From positions 1-64,000 of the IMG/VR virus record IMGVR_UViG_3300023171_000010: a stretch of 64,000 bases of DNA. The stretch is one strand, 5' to 3'. Position numbers and translations under genes: made by a program. Below are positions 28,390-37,216 of this stretch, one piece after another. The stretch is from a virus. Taxonomy: Duplodnaviria > Heunggongvirae > Uroviricota > Caudoviricetes. Within the stretch, counting starts at the first letter, position 1, and every line of letters begins with the position of its first letter. The notes under the pieces are model-generated. The model did not search any database. It saw only the letters and a list, made by a program, of their open reading frames with translations, and was not told the origin of the DNA.

Positions 28390-29729
28390 TATTTAGCACC
28401 TTTTTGGAATTGATTTTTCAAGAGTTGAGCGGTGAGGTTTTCACCTTGAGGTTTTTCTGGCACTACTTCTTTACCCTGACCACCAACTTCTGACATCAAA
28501 GCGGAGTGGTCGATTACTTCAGCTTGTGCTTTAAAGCCAGCTACAACAGCTTCAAATGATGCATCATCCAAAGCAGACAACGATGTCAGCAAAGCTTCTT
28601 GTTTAACAGCAGACAATTTTTCTTTCCGGGCTGACAGTTTAGCTTCAACTTTTTCAGATTCCATCTGAGCTACTTTTCCAAGAGCTTCGCTCAATTTTGT
28701 AGTCTGATCGGTGAAGTTAGTCTGCAACGTAGCGAGAGCTTGTTTTACAGAGGAGAACTCTGCAAGTTGCTCATTTGCAGCAGTGAGTTGCGATTGCAAT
28801 TCAGCAAGTTGGGTCATTTCAAGAGTTTCCTCAGTGTTGTTTTTACTAAATTTAAAGATACGATTACTCATCGAACTTCCTTCTTTATTATTTTGGGCTT
28901 GGCCCGACAGGTAAGAATAAAAATCTTCTTGAGTCATTACCTTATCAGCTAGGCCCAAAGCAATTGCATCTTCTGCAAGGAAGGTGTTTGCTTGAGTATT
29001 CCTAACTGCTTCCACTGTCATTTTGCGATGTTCTGCAACATATTCAGTGAAATCTTTGTAGAGAGCATCTACTTTGTATTGAAGATCATCCAAGAACTCT
29101 TTACGGAAAGATCCATCTTCTGCGAATGGAATCTTCTCAGTTCCTGCTGAGATAAATGAACGCTCGTAACCTTTCATCTCAAGAGCTTTAGAGTCATTCA
29201 TCAAACGAATCAAAACACCAATAGAGCCGATTTCAGAGTTCTTATTGGAGATGATTTCGTCAGAGATTGCGGTGAGGCCATAGGCGGCACTAGCGGACAG
29301 CCCGTCTACATATGAGATGATTTTTACACCGTTGTCATCTGCCAATTTACGCAGATAATTACCAGTATCCATCATACCGTAAGCTTCGCCACCACCAGAC
29401 TCGACCATAAAAGCTACAGTCTTAGTACCAGCCTCAAGCAGCGCCTCAAAGTCTTCCTTGATACTCTCGTATGAAGTGCCGCCACAAAAAGCTTCCCATC
29501 CAGTTGACTTATTAGTCAATGGGCCTGAAATGTGGATAACACCCAGGTTTGATTCGGCGTAGTGCAAAGTGCTATACATTGAAAATTCATTGTCAGCCTT
29601 TGGAGTAACGTCAACAGCCCCTTCACAACGTTTATCTACATAGTTAAGAATAGATTCAAAACTTTTAGAGTCCACTAGGAGAGGAGTGTCGAACAACTTA
29701 GACCGGAGTCTAATGAGTTCATGAGCCAT
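28389..29729 (-). CDS. prohead protease-scaffold fusion (S49/ClpP-fold peptidase + C-terminal coiled coil)
   Basis: SppA/S49-like segment VAFMVESGGGEAYG...VDGLSASAAYGL followed by a long coiled-coil tail. Confidence 0.6.
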   Translation of the reverse strand: MAHELIRLRSKLFDTPLLVDSKSFESILNYVDKRCEGAVDVTPKADNEFSMYSTLHYAESNLGVIHISGPLTNKSTGWEAFCGGTSYESIKEDFEALLEAGTKTVAFMVESGGGEAYGMMDTGNYLRKLADDNGVKIISYVDGLSASAAYGLTAISDEIISNKNSEIGSIGVLIRLMNDSKALEMKGYERSFISAGTEKIPFAEDGSFRKEFLDDLQYKVDALYKDFTEYVAEHRKMTVEAVRNTQANTFLAEDAIALGLADKVMTQEDFYSYLSGQAQNNKEGSSMSNRIFKFSKNNTEETLEMTQLAELQSQLTAANEQLAEFSSVKQALATLQTNFTDQTTKLSEALGKVAQMESEKVEAKLSARKEKLSAVKQEALLTSLSALDDASFEAVVAGFKAQAEVIDHSALMSEVGGQGKEVVPEKPQGENLTAQLLKNQFQKGAK

Positions 29730-29740
29730 TAATGGACTCC

Positions 29741-31225
29741 CTATGTATTTTCATTATTACCAACAGAGGCATCATCTCCTCCTATTGGGCTAGTTGATGT
29801 CCCTTCACCGGCTGTTGTCATTCCTTCTCCAGCACCAGAAGAATACGTTGTAAGTTTTTCTCTTACTTCTTCCATATCCTCTGTTCCATAGAATGGTGTT
29901 GGCATCCCAGCCTGATCAGCAATCCAGTTGATAGTGTCAGCGTCTTGAGACATTAGACCAACAGAGGCTACGCGTTGGATGAACTTGGAAAGAACGTCTA
30001 GATCTTGTTGAGCTAACTTACCAAAATCAAAGTATGGAGTAACTGTTGTGTCCCAGCCGTTTAAAGCAAACAACTGAGGAATTAGATCGTGGTTCAATTG
30101 ATCTTTAATCTCAATTAGCTTTGCTTCAATAGCCATCTCTGCAACAGAGACTTTGCTCTCTGCAAGAGAGAACGAACCAGACCCGTTATTACCTAGACTC
30201 AAGAAATCAGCAAACAAACATGTCAAAATCTCTTGCGCATACCGGGAAATGATTGCACTGGTATCAAAAGCTTTTTGTCCTGTAACAGATACAATATCAA
30301 ACGAAAACTCTTTATTTCCGTCTGCATTCTGTACCATTGGGAGAATAAAACCTGATTGCTCCGCTACAGCAGCATTTCGCATCATTTTCTTGTAGTATTC
30401 GTATACAGCCTTGTCTTCAGGAGAAGCGTTAGGGTCCATATAACGAGGAGGTAGGTATAATACCTTGAAACCTTGCATATCTTGTGATACACCAATCGCC
30501 TCAGACTCTTCAAAAGCCTTCTTATACTTCCAAGACTCCCATGCACCTACTAAGGGGCTTTGGCCTGTTGGATCATCTTTCTGACTGCCCGCACGAAACA
30601 ATAAAAACTTCTTGCGAGGAATTTTTACCTTGTCTCCATAAATAGAGTCTTGGCCAAAATAAGTTGATTGTTCAAGTCCTGTTGGTTTTACAACTGCTTG
30701 CCAGACAGCAGAAAGATCACGGCCATCATTTTCCCATTCCCATCCAACTACGGAATCTTGAGAACGTTGAGGAAGCTTTTTGATACCAATTAAACCATCA
30801 TCATACTTAGATCCGTTTGATTTAAATCTGCGGCGGTAGACTTTTTCTTGAATATCAAAACCATATCTATTAAAGCTTACAACTTCCTTTATAAACTGAT
30901 TCCAAGAATGGTCCATGTCCTCTTTACATTGGGAGAGGAAATTTGCTTTTGATTTTAATTCTTCCTCATAACCTTCGGGGATTTTTACAGTCCAAGGGAC
31001 ACGAGCAATCATCATCTCAACTAGATTTAATGCTGGAGAGATAGTGCCATCTTTTGACATTTTCTTAAACGTTTGTACGGCATGAGGCCAGCGTAGTTCC
31101 CATGCGCACTCTTCAAACAGGACGCCTCCGGCAACTTTGAGTGCGTTGTAACCTGTCTCCCCCAACTTCAATCTAATGGGTGTATTTTCACCCATACTAA
31201 GGGTTTCTGTATTTTCTTCAGCCAT
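29741..31225 (-). CDS. portal protein
   Basis: 494 aa between terminase and protease genes; acidic Gly-rich C-terminus. Confidence 0.6.
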   Translation of the reverse strand: MAEENTETLSMGENTPIRLKLGETGYNALKVAGGVLFEECAWELRWPHAVQTFKKMSKDGTISPALNLVEMMIARVPWTVKIPEGYEEELKSKANFLSQCKEDMDHSWNQFIKEVVSFNRYGFDIQEKVYRRRFKSNGSKYDDGLIGIKKLPQRSQDSVVGWEWENDGRDLSAVWQAVVKPTGLEQSTYFGQDSIYGDKVKIPRKKFLLFRAGSQKDDPTGQSPLVGAWESWKYKKAFEESEAIGVSQDMQGFKVLYLPPRYMDPNASPEDKAVYEYYKKMMRNAAVAEQSGFILPMVQNADGNKEFSFDIVSVTGQKAFDTSAIISRYAQEILTCLFADFLSLGNNGSGSFSLAESKVSVAEMAIEAKLIEIKDQLNHDLIPQLFALNGWDTTVTPYFDFGKLAQQDLDVLSKFIQRVASVGLMSQDADTINWIADQAGMPTPFYGTEDMEEVREKLTTYSSGAGEGMTTAGEGTSTSPIGGDDASVGNNENT

Positions 31226-31234
31226 GAAAGCTCC

Positions 31235-32626
31235 TTAGCGATTAAATGGATTTTTAGTTGAGAGGTCAGCAGTTACTAAACCACCAAGAAAATTACCAAT
31301 ATGGATTTTCTGTGCTAATGTAATGAATGAGTCACTAGTTGCATCAACTTGGTCATCCTTCACAGCGCGGGTTCCATCGAAGCCTTCCATCTCTGAGAAA
31401 TAAGCATCATTCCATGCACCGCGAACATAACGAACAAGACCCGCTTCCGATGCCGAAACTACTGGTTGAAACCGTACAACCTTAGACTTATTAGACGGGC
31501 GCATTCTTGCGAAAAGACCTTCAGAAATAAGTTCTTTAATCATCATTTGTCCAGCAGCTTTACCTGCCTGGCCCGGCTCTTGTGGAATAATGATTTGAGT
31601 ACCATCGGGGTCATCTAAGCCCGTCTCTACAATGCGCTGCATTACCTCTCCAAATCTTGCCCTAAATCGAACAACATCTAGAATGATATATAGACCTTCT
31701 TTTGTTTTACCCATTAAAACGCCAGCAGTCCAGTCAGGATTTGGCAACGCTTCACAAGGTAAACTTCCGGCAATATCCCATGCACGACAATATTGAACAA
31801 TATTTAAATCATATTCATTTACGGGCTCACCCAGCCACTCCGCTTTCCAAAATCCTGCGGCATCCTCACGAATATCCCAGTTCCCGTAAAGGTCGCGCTC
31901 CTTTTTTACGCGCTTGAGACCTTGAAGGTTTGCAAGATATCCGGGGTTGGATTTAATAAGTGGCGGATTATCGTAGATTGTGGCTGAAATAAACTGTAGG
32001 GACAGTGGACGACAATGTTGTTTTTCATCTGTGTCCGGTAAAATATTACCTTCACCGTCTCTGTTGCCATATATTTCCAGGAGTTCCTCTTTTGTGTCTG
32101 CCCAAATCATGTCACCAGCGATTCGAATAAACCAACGAACTTTACCATCCCGTTCGGGGTCGGGCCGACCTTCGTTTTCTTCTCCTTTTGGAATAATCCA
32201 CCAATCAATCCAACGTCTCAAAAAAGAATCAGGTGAAGGGTTACAAGTCAGGAAAAGATTGGGAACCATCTTTGCTTTAGAACGCAGCCGAGATAATACA
32301 ACCAGAGTATGGTCTTCGGTTATCTGAGTGGCTTCATCTATCATCGCCCCGGAAATTTGGAGGCCACGAAATTTCTCTGCATCTTCGTCAGTTTCCAAGT
32401 GAGACATGGCAATAATGGCACCACTTGGGAACGTAAAGGTCATAGCCTTTTTGTTAATTTTTACTTTAGGATCAAACGCTTTATATAAGCTGGTAGCTTC
32501 GTCAAACAAACCAGAAGCTTTCATCAAAGTTGTTTGGTTTTTACGGATAATGAATCCACGATACTGAGGATCGTCAACCCAGCGGAGATGTCGTAGCAAA
32601 CCACAATAGGACTTGCCACCACCCAT
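31235..32626 (-). CDS. terL: terminase large subunit
   Basis: N-terminal GGGKS Walker A-like motif, AMIDEAT Walker B, C-terminal nuclease-like region. Confidence 0.65.
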   Translation of the reverse strand: MGGGKSYCGLLRHLRWVDDPQYRGFIIRKNQTTLMKASGLFDEATSLYKAFDPKVKINKKAMTFTFPSGAIIAMSHLETDEDAEKFRGLQISGAMIDEATQITEDHTLVVLSRLRSKAKMVPNLFLTCNPSPDSFLRRWIDWWIIPKGEENEGRPDPERDGKVRWFIRIAGDMIWADTKEELLEIYGNRDGEGNILPDTDEKQHCRPLSLQFISATIYDNPPLIKSNPGYLANLQGLKRVKKERDLYGNWDIREDAAGFWKAEWLGEPVNEYDLNIVQYCRAWDIAGSLPCEALPNPDWTAGVLMGKTKEGLYIILDVVRFRARFGEVMQRIVETGLDDPDGTQIIIPQEPGQAGKAAGQMMIKELISEGLFARMRPSNKSKVVRFQPVVSASEAGLVRYVRGAWNDAYFSEMEGFDGTRAVKDDQVDATSDSFITLAQKIHIGNFLGGLVTADLSTKNPFNR

Positions 32627-32943
32627 AGCCTTTTAGTTATAGAGTTCGTTAAACTCTCTTCGCTTTCGCAAAGGATCGGACTATATCTTCTACTTTCGTA
32701 GCCCCCCGTTTCGATTGCACTTGCAACCTACTCGCTTACATTCATCAGCGTTAGTCTCTACACGTTACTTATAAATAAGTCTTCGCTCGGTATTACCCAC
32801 GTCTTTACGTTTGGGTTTCACCGAATTAGAGGGGTTTTAAATGGAGGCGCTAAGTTCACCACCATATACAATGATATTACTATTGCTAGCCAAGAACCAG
32901 CTTTGCTTTCGCGAAGCTGGCTGGAAACTATAATCCATATCTG

Positions 32944-33531
32944 TCATCTGGAAATTTCTTTACCATGATTTTCAGAATATCCGTACGCGACTTCCCAATC
33001 TCTTCGAGCATTTGCTGCATCTTCTAGATTTTTAAATAGACCTAAATAGTGTCTGACTCTCTTACCGTCAACAATTTCTTGACCTTCAGCTTGCCATTTA
33101 CCAGTCTTTTTATGGAAAGATACACCAACAACTCCAGAAGAATTATTACTGTATTTGGAACGGTTTCTGTGGTTAAGTTTATCAATACTAAGTTGTAAAT
33201 TAGATATTGCGTTATTTTGAGTATTTAAATCAATATGATCAATATCTTCGGACGGCCATTCACCGTTTACATAAAACCAGGCAAGGCGGTGGGCTTTATA
33301 AAGCTTTCCACAAAGGCCGATTACAATATATGGTGAAGGATTTCTCTTGGTCACTCTTGATACTGATCCCGCCTCTAAGGAAGGACTAATATTACTATAG
33401 AAGCCATTCTTACCTCTCCAATCTTTGAAGTGTGAATCTGGTCTATCCAACCTCCAAGTAAACTTTCCAGTTTCTGGATTATAAGTTAAAGCTTCTTTTA
33501 AATACTCGTGGGTAAGTAATACTTCATTCAT
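32944..33531 (-). CDS. HNH homing endonuclease with AP2 DNA-binding domain
   Basis: HRLAW...DIDHIDLNTQNNAISNLQL (HNH_3-like) plus C-terminal GVSFHKKTGKWQA...LGLFKNLEDAANARRDWE (AP2-like). Confidence 0.65.
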   Translation of the reverse strand: MNEVLLTHEYLKEALTYNPETGKFTWRLDRPDSHFKDWRGKNGFYSNISPSLEAGSVSRVTKRNPSPYIVIGLCGKLYKAHRLAWFYVNGEWPSEDIDHIDLNTQNNAISNLQLSIDKLNHRNRSKYSNNSSGVVGVSFHKKTGKWQAEGQEIVDGKRVRHYLGLFKNLEDAANARRDWEVAYGYSENHGKEISR

Positions 33532-33667
33532 GTATTAGCCTCTTATCAAACTAAGATAACTGTGTGCCTCTCGGCAAGACATGAGTATAGGAGCGTTTCA
33601 CAACGTGTCCTGAATAGGTGAGGGCGTCATCCCGACGGGCCTCATGTTGCTGCAAACAGCAAACTCT

Positions 33668-34051
33668 TTATTCGTCTTCTCCCGAAGACTCGTCAACATT
33701 CTTACCACTTTCTACAGCAGAAAGATATTGCTTAATCATTTTACCCTTATCCCTGCCCTTAACACCTCGACTAGCTACAATAGGGCGCATATCCTCGATA
33801 GGCATAGCTTCAAGCTGCTCTTTAGTGTAAACCTTCTCACTAAGCGCTACAGGGATAGCATTCACACCAGGGCTAGTCTTCAACTCTTCTGTACCACTAA
33901 GTTCAAAAGTAAACTCAGCAATAAAAGGAAGTGTACGAAGTCGAGGACAAGTATTATCTTTAAGGACAGCACCTTGTTTACTAAGCTCAACGACACGCTT
34001 AATAAAGTCTACAGGATTTGCTGAACTCACTACAATTTGTTGAGTTGCCAT
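33668..34051 (-). CDS. hypothetical protein (possible terminase small subunit by position)
   Basis: 127 aa upstream of terL, separated from it by the HNH gene. Confidence 0.3.
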   Translation of the reverse strand: MATQQIVVSSANPVDFIKRVVELSKQGAVLKDNTCPRLRTLPFIAEFTFELSGTEELKTSPGVNAIPVALSEKVYTKEQLEAMPIEDMRPIVASRGVKGRDKGKMIKQYLSAVESGKNVDESSGEDE

Positions 34052-34192
34052 TTAGTCTCTCCGTTAATATTCAATTCATAAAAGAGATACTACGCGAAAG
34101 TTTCTCAGAAGTCAAGCTTTTGGAATATTTATTTTAACTATTTTACAGTTTTATTGAATGACCCTATATTTCAAAGGTCATTTGTAAAACTA

Positions 34193-35584
34193 TTAAGCCC
34201 TTGGTGTAACCTGAACAGTCACAGAAGCACCTACAAGGTTAACTGTAGCTCCTAACAAAACTTCTACAGAAAGTAATGTTACCAAGTTTCTTTGTGCTGC
34301 TTGTACTACGCAACCAGTATTACTTACTGATACAACTCTTACAGATTGATTGAACGTACCACCAATTATCTGTGGTTGTACATCTGGAGGCGTTGTGTAA
34401 GTATTTGCAAAGGTAATGGTAAAATTCCCACTGGTGTCTGTCGTGCCAAGGAAAGTTTCTACTTTACGTAAGCCTGTGGTTGCTGTAGCTAAAGCGCCTG
34501 TAGTGGCATATCCTGATAGAGCGGCTGTACTAGCTTTACTGTCAAGAGAACTTTGTAAGCCAGTAACGTCACTGATTGTATGAGTGTGAACAGAAGCTGC
34601 TGCTCCAACATCGGTGTTAGTTAATACTACTGCACCAGTCTTAGTATTTACCGACGTAACTGGGTAATTGACCGAAGGTATTGTAGGCTTATTCGTTAGA
34701 TCAGCATAACTGCCACTGGTAGCCACGGTTGCTAGATTAGGCTTGTTTAAGACCTGAGAAACACCGCTAACTGCTGTCCAATCACTATTGACTTGAGCGG
34801 CAGGTATACTAGGAGCACCTGTCAAACTGCTGTAGGGAATACTAGCACCAACACCAAGCTTTGAGTCAAGACTTGTTTGCAAACCTGTCACGTCAGTTAT
34901 ACTATGTGTGTGAGCTGCTGGTGTGAATGTTGTAGGCTTACCTGTAAGTGATACGTAGGTGCCATCAAACAAAACAGGTTTGTTTGTAAGGTCAAAGTAA
35001 CTACCACTAAATAATACAGGTTTTCCTGTCAAATCAGCATAAGAGCCCGAAAACAAAATAGGCTTATTGAGAATTTGACTCTTCCCCGATGTACTGTTCC
35101 AATCAGAGTTAACTTGGGAAGGGATGGCACCAGCAGTGATAAATCCACTGTCATTAGTAAGATCACTGGTCTTAGTAGGCACACTAATTGATGCAGGTTT
35201 GTTGATTAAATCGTTATAGTCTCCAGAGCTTGCTACTTCAGCTAATGCCAAATGATCTTTTTGCTGATCTACAGTAGTATAGGATAACCAAGCAAGACCT
35301 GCTGGCATACATAGAGAGGGAGTAAAATTACCTGATCCATCTGTATGTAAAAAGCTGTTATCGGGCATTGTTATAGAAGCAATATCCGTTAGCACTGTAG
35401 ATACTGGCTGGGCATTCAAATCTTGAGCAGTGATTATCACGTCACCTTGCTCACCATTCACAGAATTTACAGCACCTGTTTCGCTACCTTCTCCGGGGAA
35501 AACTGGACGTACTGGCATATCAAGCCACCTGTACGCAAAGACGGCCTGTGCCCTTTGCCCAAATGATTGATTCACCCTGGTCAA
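34193..35584 (-). CDS. tail fiber protein with Phage_fiber_2-type repeats
   Basis: Repeated (S/G)YxDL(T/I)(N/G)KP units, for example SYADLTGKP, SYFDLTNKP, GDYNDLINKP; start may be the internal Met at 35518. Confidence 0.55.
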   Translation of the reverse strand: MTRVNQSFGQRAQAVFAYRWLDMPVRPVFPGEGSETGAVNSVNGEQGDVIITAQDLNAQPVSTVLTDIASITMPDNSFLHTDGSGNFTPSLCMPAGLAWLSYTTVDQQKDHLALAEVASSGDYNDLINKPASISVPTKTSDLTNDSGFITAGAIPSQVNSDWNSTSGKSQILNKPILFSGSYADLTGKPVLFSGSYFDLTNKPVLFDGTYVSLTGKPTTFTPAAHTHSITDVTGLQTSLDSKLGVGASIPYSSLTGAPSIPAAQVNSDWTAVSGVSQVLNKPNLATVATSGSYADLTNKPTIPSVNYPVTSVNTKTGAVVLTNTDVGAAASVHTHTISDVTGLQSSLDSKASTAALSGYATTGALATATTGLRKVETFLGTTDTSGNFTITFANTYTTPPDVQPQIIGGTFNQSVRVVSVSNTGCVVQAAQRNLVTLLSVEVLLGATVNLVGASVTVQVTPRA

Positions 35585-35783
35585 TCATGTACATCTCAAA
35601 CGAGATTAACTGAAGACCATCGGCAGAAGAGCTTGCTGGCTGAAAAGGTTTGAGCTGTACCCTTACGTTACCGCTACCCTTGAACTGAAGAAGAACTTTA
35701 CTTCCTACAGGGATTCCTGAAAGGACATTAACATTCTGATAATTAACGTTATCTAAGATAACATCTGCAATCGTATCTGACAT
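35520..35783 (-). CDS. small protein preceding tail fiber
   Basis: 87 aa, AAGGTG RBS. Confidence 0.35.
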   Translation of the reverse strand: MSDTIADVILDNVNYQNVNVLSGIPVGSKVLLQFKGSGNVRVQLKPFQPASSSADGLQLISFEMYMIDQGESIIWAKGTGRLCVQVA

Positions 35784-35825
35784 TGCAACACCTTATATTG
35801 TATTTATTTTAGGTGTCTTGTTCTG

Positions 35826-35862
35826 AGGGATTATAGCCTGTAGACAGACAACACAGGCTTTT
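35826..35862 (-). promoter_or_regulatory. promoter candidate for tail-fiber/late operon (TATAAT -10)
   Basis: Read on the - strand: GGCTATAATCCC with a weak -35; about 45 nt upstream of the RBS of gene 35783. Confidence 0.3.
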
Positions 35863-36146
35863 AGTGGGGCAGCCTCGTCTGCTTTCAAATGAATCAATTA
35901 TACTAAAGAATATAATTGACTATAATAACTGGTACACCCCACAGGGAATGATCCTGAGTCATCCAGATTATGAGTCCGGCTGCTTTACCTTAAGCTAGAG
36001 GTGTTTAGAATAGGTGGAACCCCGCCAGAGGTTCCGGGTGTGGACTAGGCAGTCCGATACCAAGCCGAAGCTTAGTTAGGTTTGTAGCTGGGAGTACTCG
36101 CTCCATTTAAAGCCTACCGTTTCACACTGGCTCACTACAAATTCTT

Positions 36147-36548
36147 TTAATCTCCGTCTTGATCAGGTTCTGTATACACCAGACTCAAACGAGGCTTTAA
36201 TTCTGCTTTGATTTCAGATGGAGTCTGTTCACCAGCTTCCAGAGAATCCTTAACTTCAAACTTGAGCTTATTGTAAGAGATTTCTTCAGCATTAGCAGAT
36301 TTACTCACTGTCACAATACTATTGACAAGCCACTTACTTGAGCCAAGCTGTTCAGTGTCAATCTGTTCACCATTGATACTCTTCTTGATATTCTCAAGAG
36401 CTTTATCTTTCATTTCAAGCAACTGTTCTTCTAGGATGCGAAGCTTGCTTTTAGTGATTCGTTTGCTGTTTCCGCCAGTGGTCTTACGATTCGACTTTGG
36501 ACCGTCGAATCTTGTCGCTGGGCTAGGATTTTTATTCTTGGTAGCCAT
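36147..36548 (-). CDS. basic N-terminus / acidic C-terminus hypothetical protein
   Basis: 133 aa, Lys/Arg-rich N-terminal 40 aa. Confidence 0.4.
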   Translation of the reverse strand: MATKNKNPSPATRFDGPKSNRKTTGGNSKRITKSKLRILEEQLLEMKDKALENIKKSINGEQIDTEQLGSSKWLVNSIVTVSKSANAEEISYNKLKFEVKDSLEAGEQTPSEIKAELKPRLSLVYTEPDQDGD

Positions 36549-36805
36549 AATATTTATTCCTATGAATAAGTGATTTCTTAAGCGAACTTACCGGCTATGC
36601 CCTGTAGTATTCATAATGAAGAAGAACGCTTAAGAAAGAACACTCACTAAGCGAAGGAGAGAACGCCGCAAGTGTTCGAAAGACCTATTGGAGGAGAGAG
36701 GGACAATAGGTCTTTAAGTGCTGTCTTAGGAGAGGAAATGACAGCGTGAATACCACAATCTTTTTAGACTTACTCTTAGTGATTGTGGGTGAAACTTTTA
36801 CAATG

Positions 36806-36877
36806 TATTCGCAACAGGGGTCGAACCTGTAACCAGAAATTTAGAAGATTTCTACTCTACCATTGAGCTATGCGAAT
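36806..36877 (-). tRNA. tRNA-Arg (anticodon TCT)
   Basis: Hand-folded cloverleaf: perfect 7-bp acceptor ATTCGCA/TGCGAAT, D-arm GCTC-AATGGTA-GAGT, anticodon loop CTTCTAA, T-loop TTCGACC; no encoded CCA. Confidence 0.75.
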
Positions 36878-36880
36878 ATA

Positions 36881-36954
36881 TGGTGCCCCAGTAAAGAATC
36901 AAACTTCACTCTATTGCTTACAAGGCAATTGCATCATCACAATGCTTCAAGGGC
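36881..36954 (-). tRNA. tRNA-Thr-like (anticodon TGT), non-canonical
   Basis: 74 nt with correct arm spacing, anticodon loop CTTGTAA, encoded CCA; acceptor has one T-T mismatch and the D-loop lacks GG. Confidence 0.4.
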
Positions 36955-36959
36955 TTAAT

Positions 36960-37037
36960 TGGCTGATCCTCAGCGATTCGAACGCTGCTTCATCTTGATT
37001 AACAGTCAAGTGCCCTCACCTAGATGGCTCAGGATCA
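36960..37037 (-). tRNA. tRNA-Asn (anticodon GTT)
   Basis: 7-bp acceptor TGATCCT/AGGATCA, anticodon stem CTTGA/TCAAG with loop CTGTTAA, T-arm CAGCG-TTCGAAT-CGCTG, encoded CCA. Confidence 0.6.
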
Positions 37038-37100
37038 ATAATTGGTCTCTAACCGGTGAATTGAACACCGTCCACATCGTCCCAAACGATGCATGCTACC

Positions 37101-37188
37101 GTAACACTTGTCAGAGAATATGGCAGTGGATGTGTGATTCGAACACACGGAGCTTTTACACTCTAAGGTTTAGCAAACCTTTGCAATC
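37101..37188 (-). tRNA. tRNA-Ser (anticodon GCT), type II
   Basis: 88 nt; acceptor AGTGGAT/ATCCACT, 3-bp D-stem, anticodon loop TTGCTAA, 16-nt variable arm, T-arm GTGTG-TTCGAAT-CACAC, discriminator G, encoded CCA. Confidence 0.8.
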
Positions 37189-37216
37189 GGCCTCTCTGCC
37201 AATCCACTGCACTTGT

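Noticed and set aside
27346-28413. 355-aa + strand ORF
   Set aside because: Antisense shadow of the major-capsid and decoration genes; low-complexity Ser/Thr-rich translation with no RBS; the - strand genes have clear operon context.
33644-34024. 126-aa + strand ORF
   Set aside because: Antisense overlap of the - strand 33668-34051 gene; no RBS.
35790-36140. Possible group I intron (GGAGTACTCG ending and GACTA-like elements reminiscent of the Tetrahymena intron)
   Set aside because: The region does not interrupt any ORF on either strand, flanking genes are complete, and P3/P7 pairings could not be built; kept only as a structured intergenic region.
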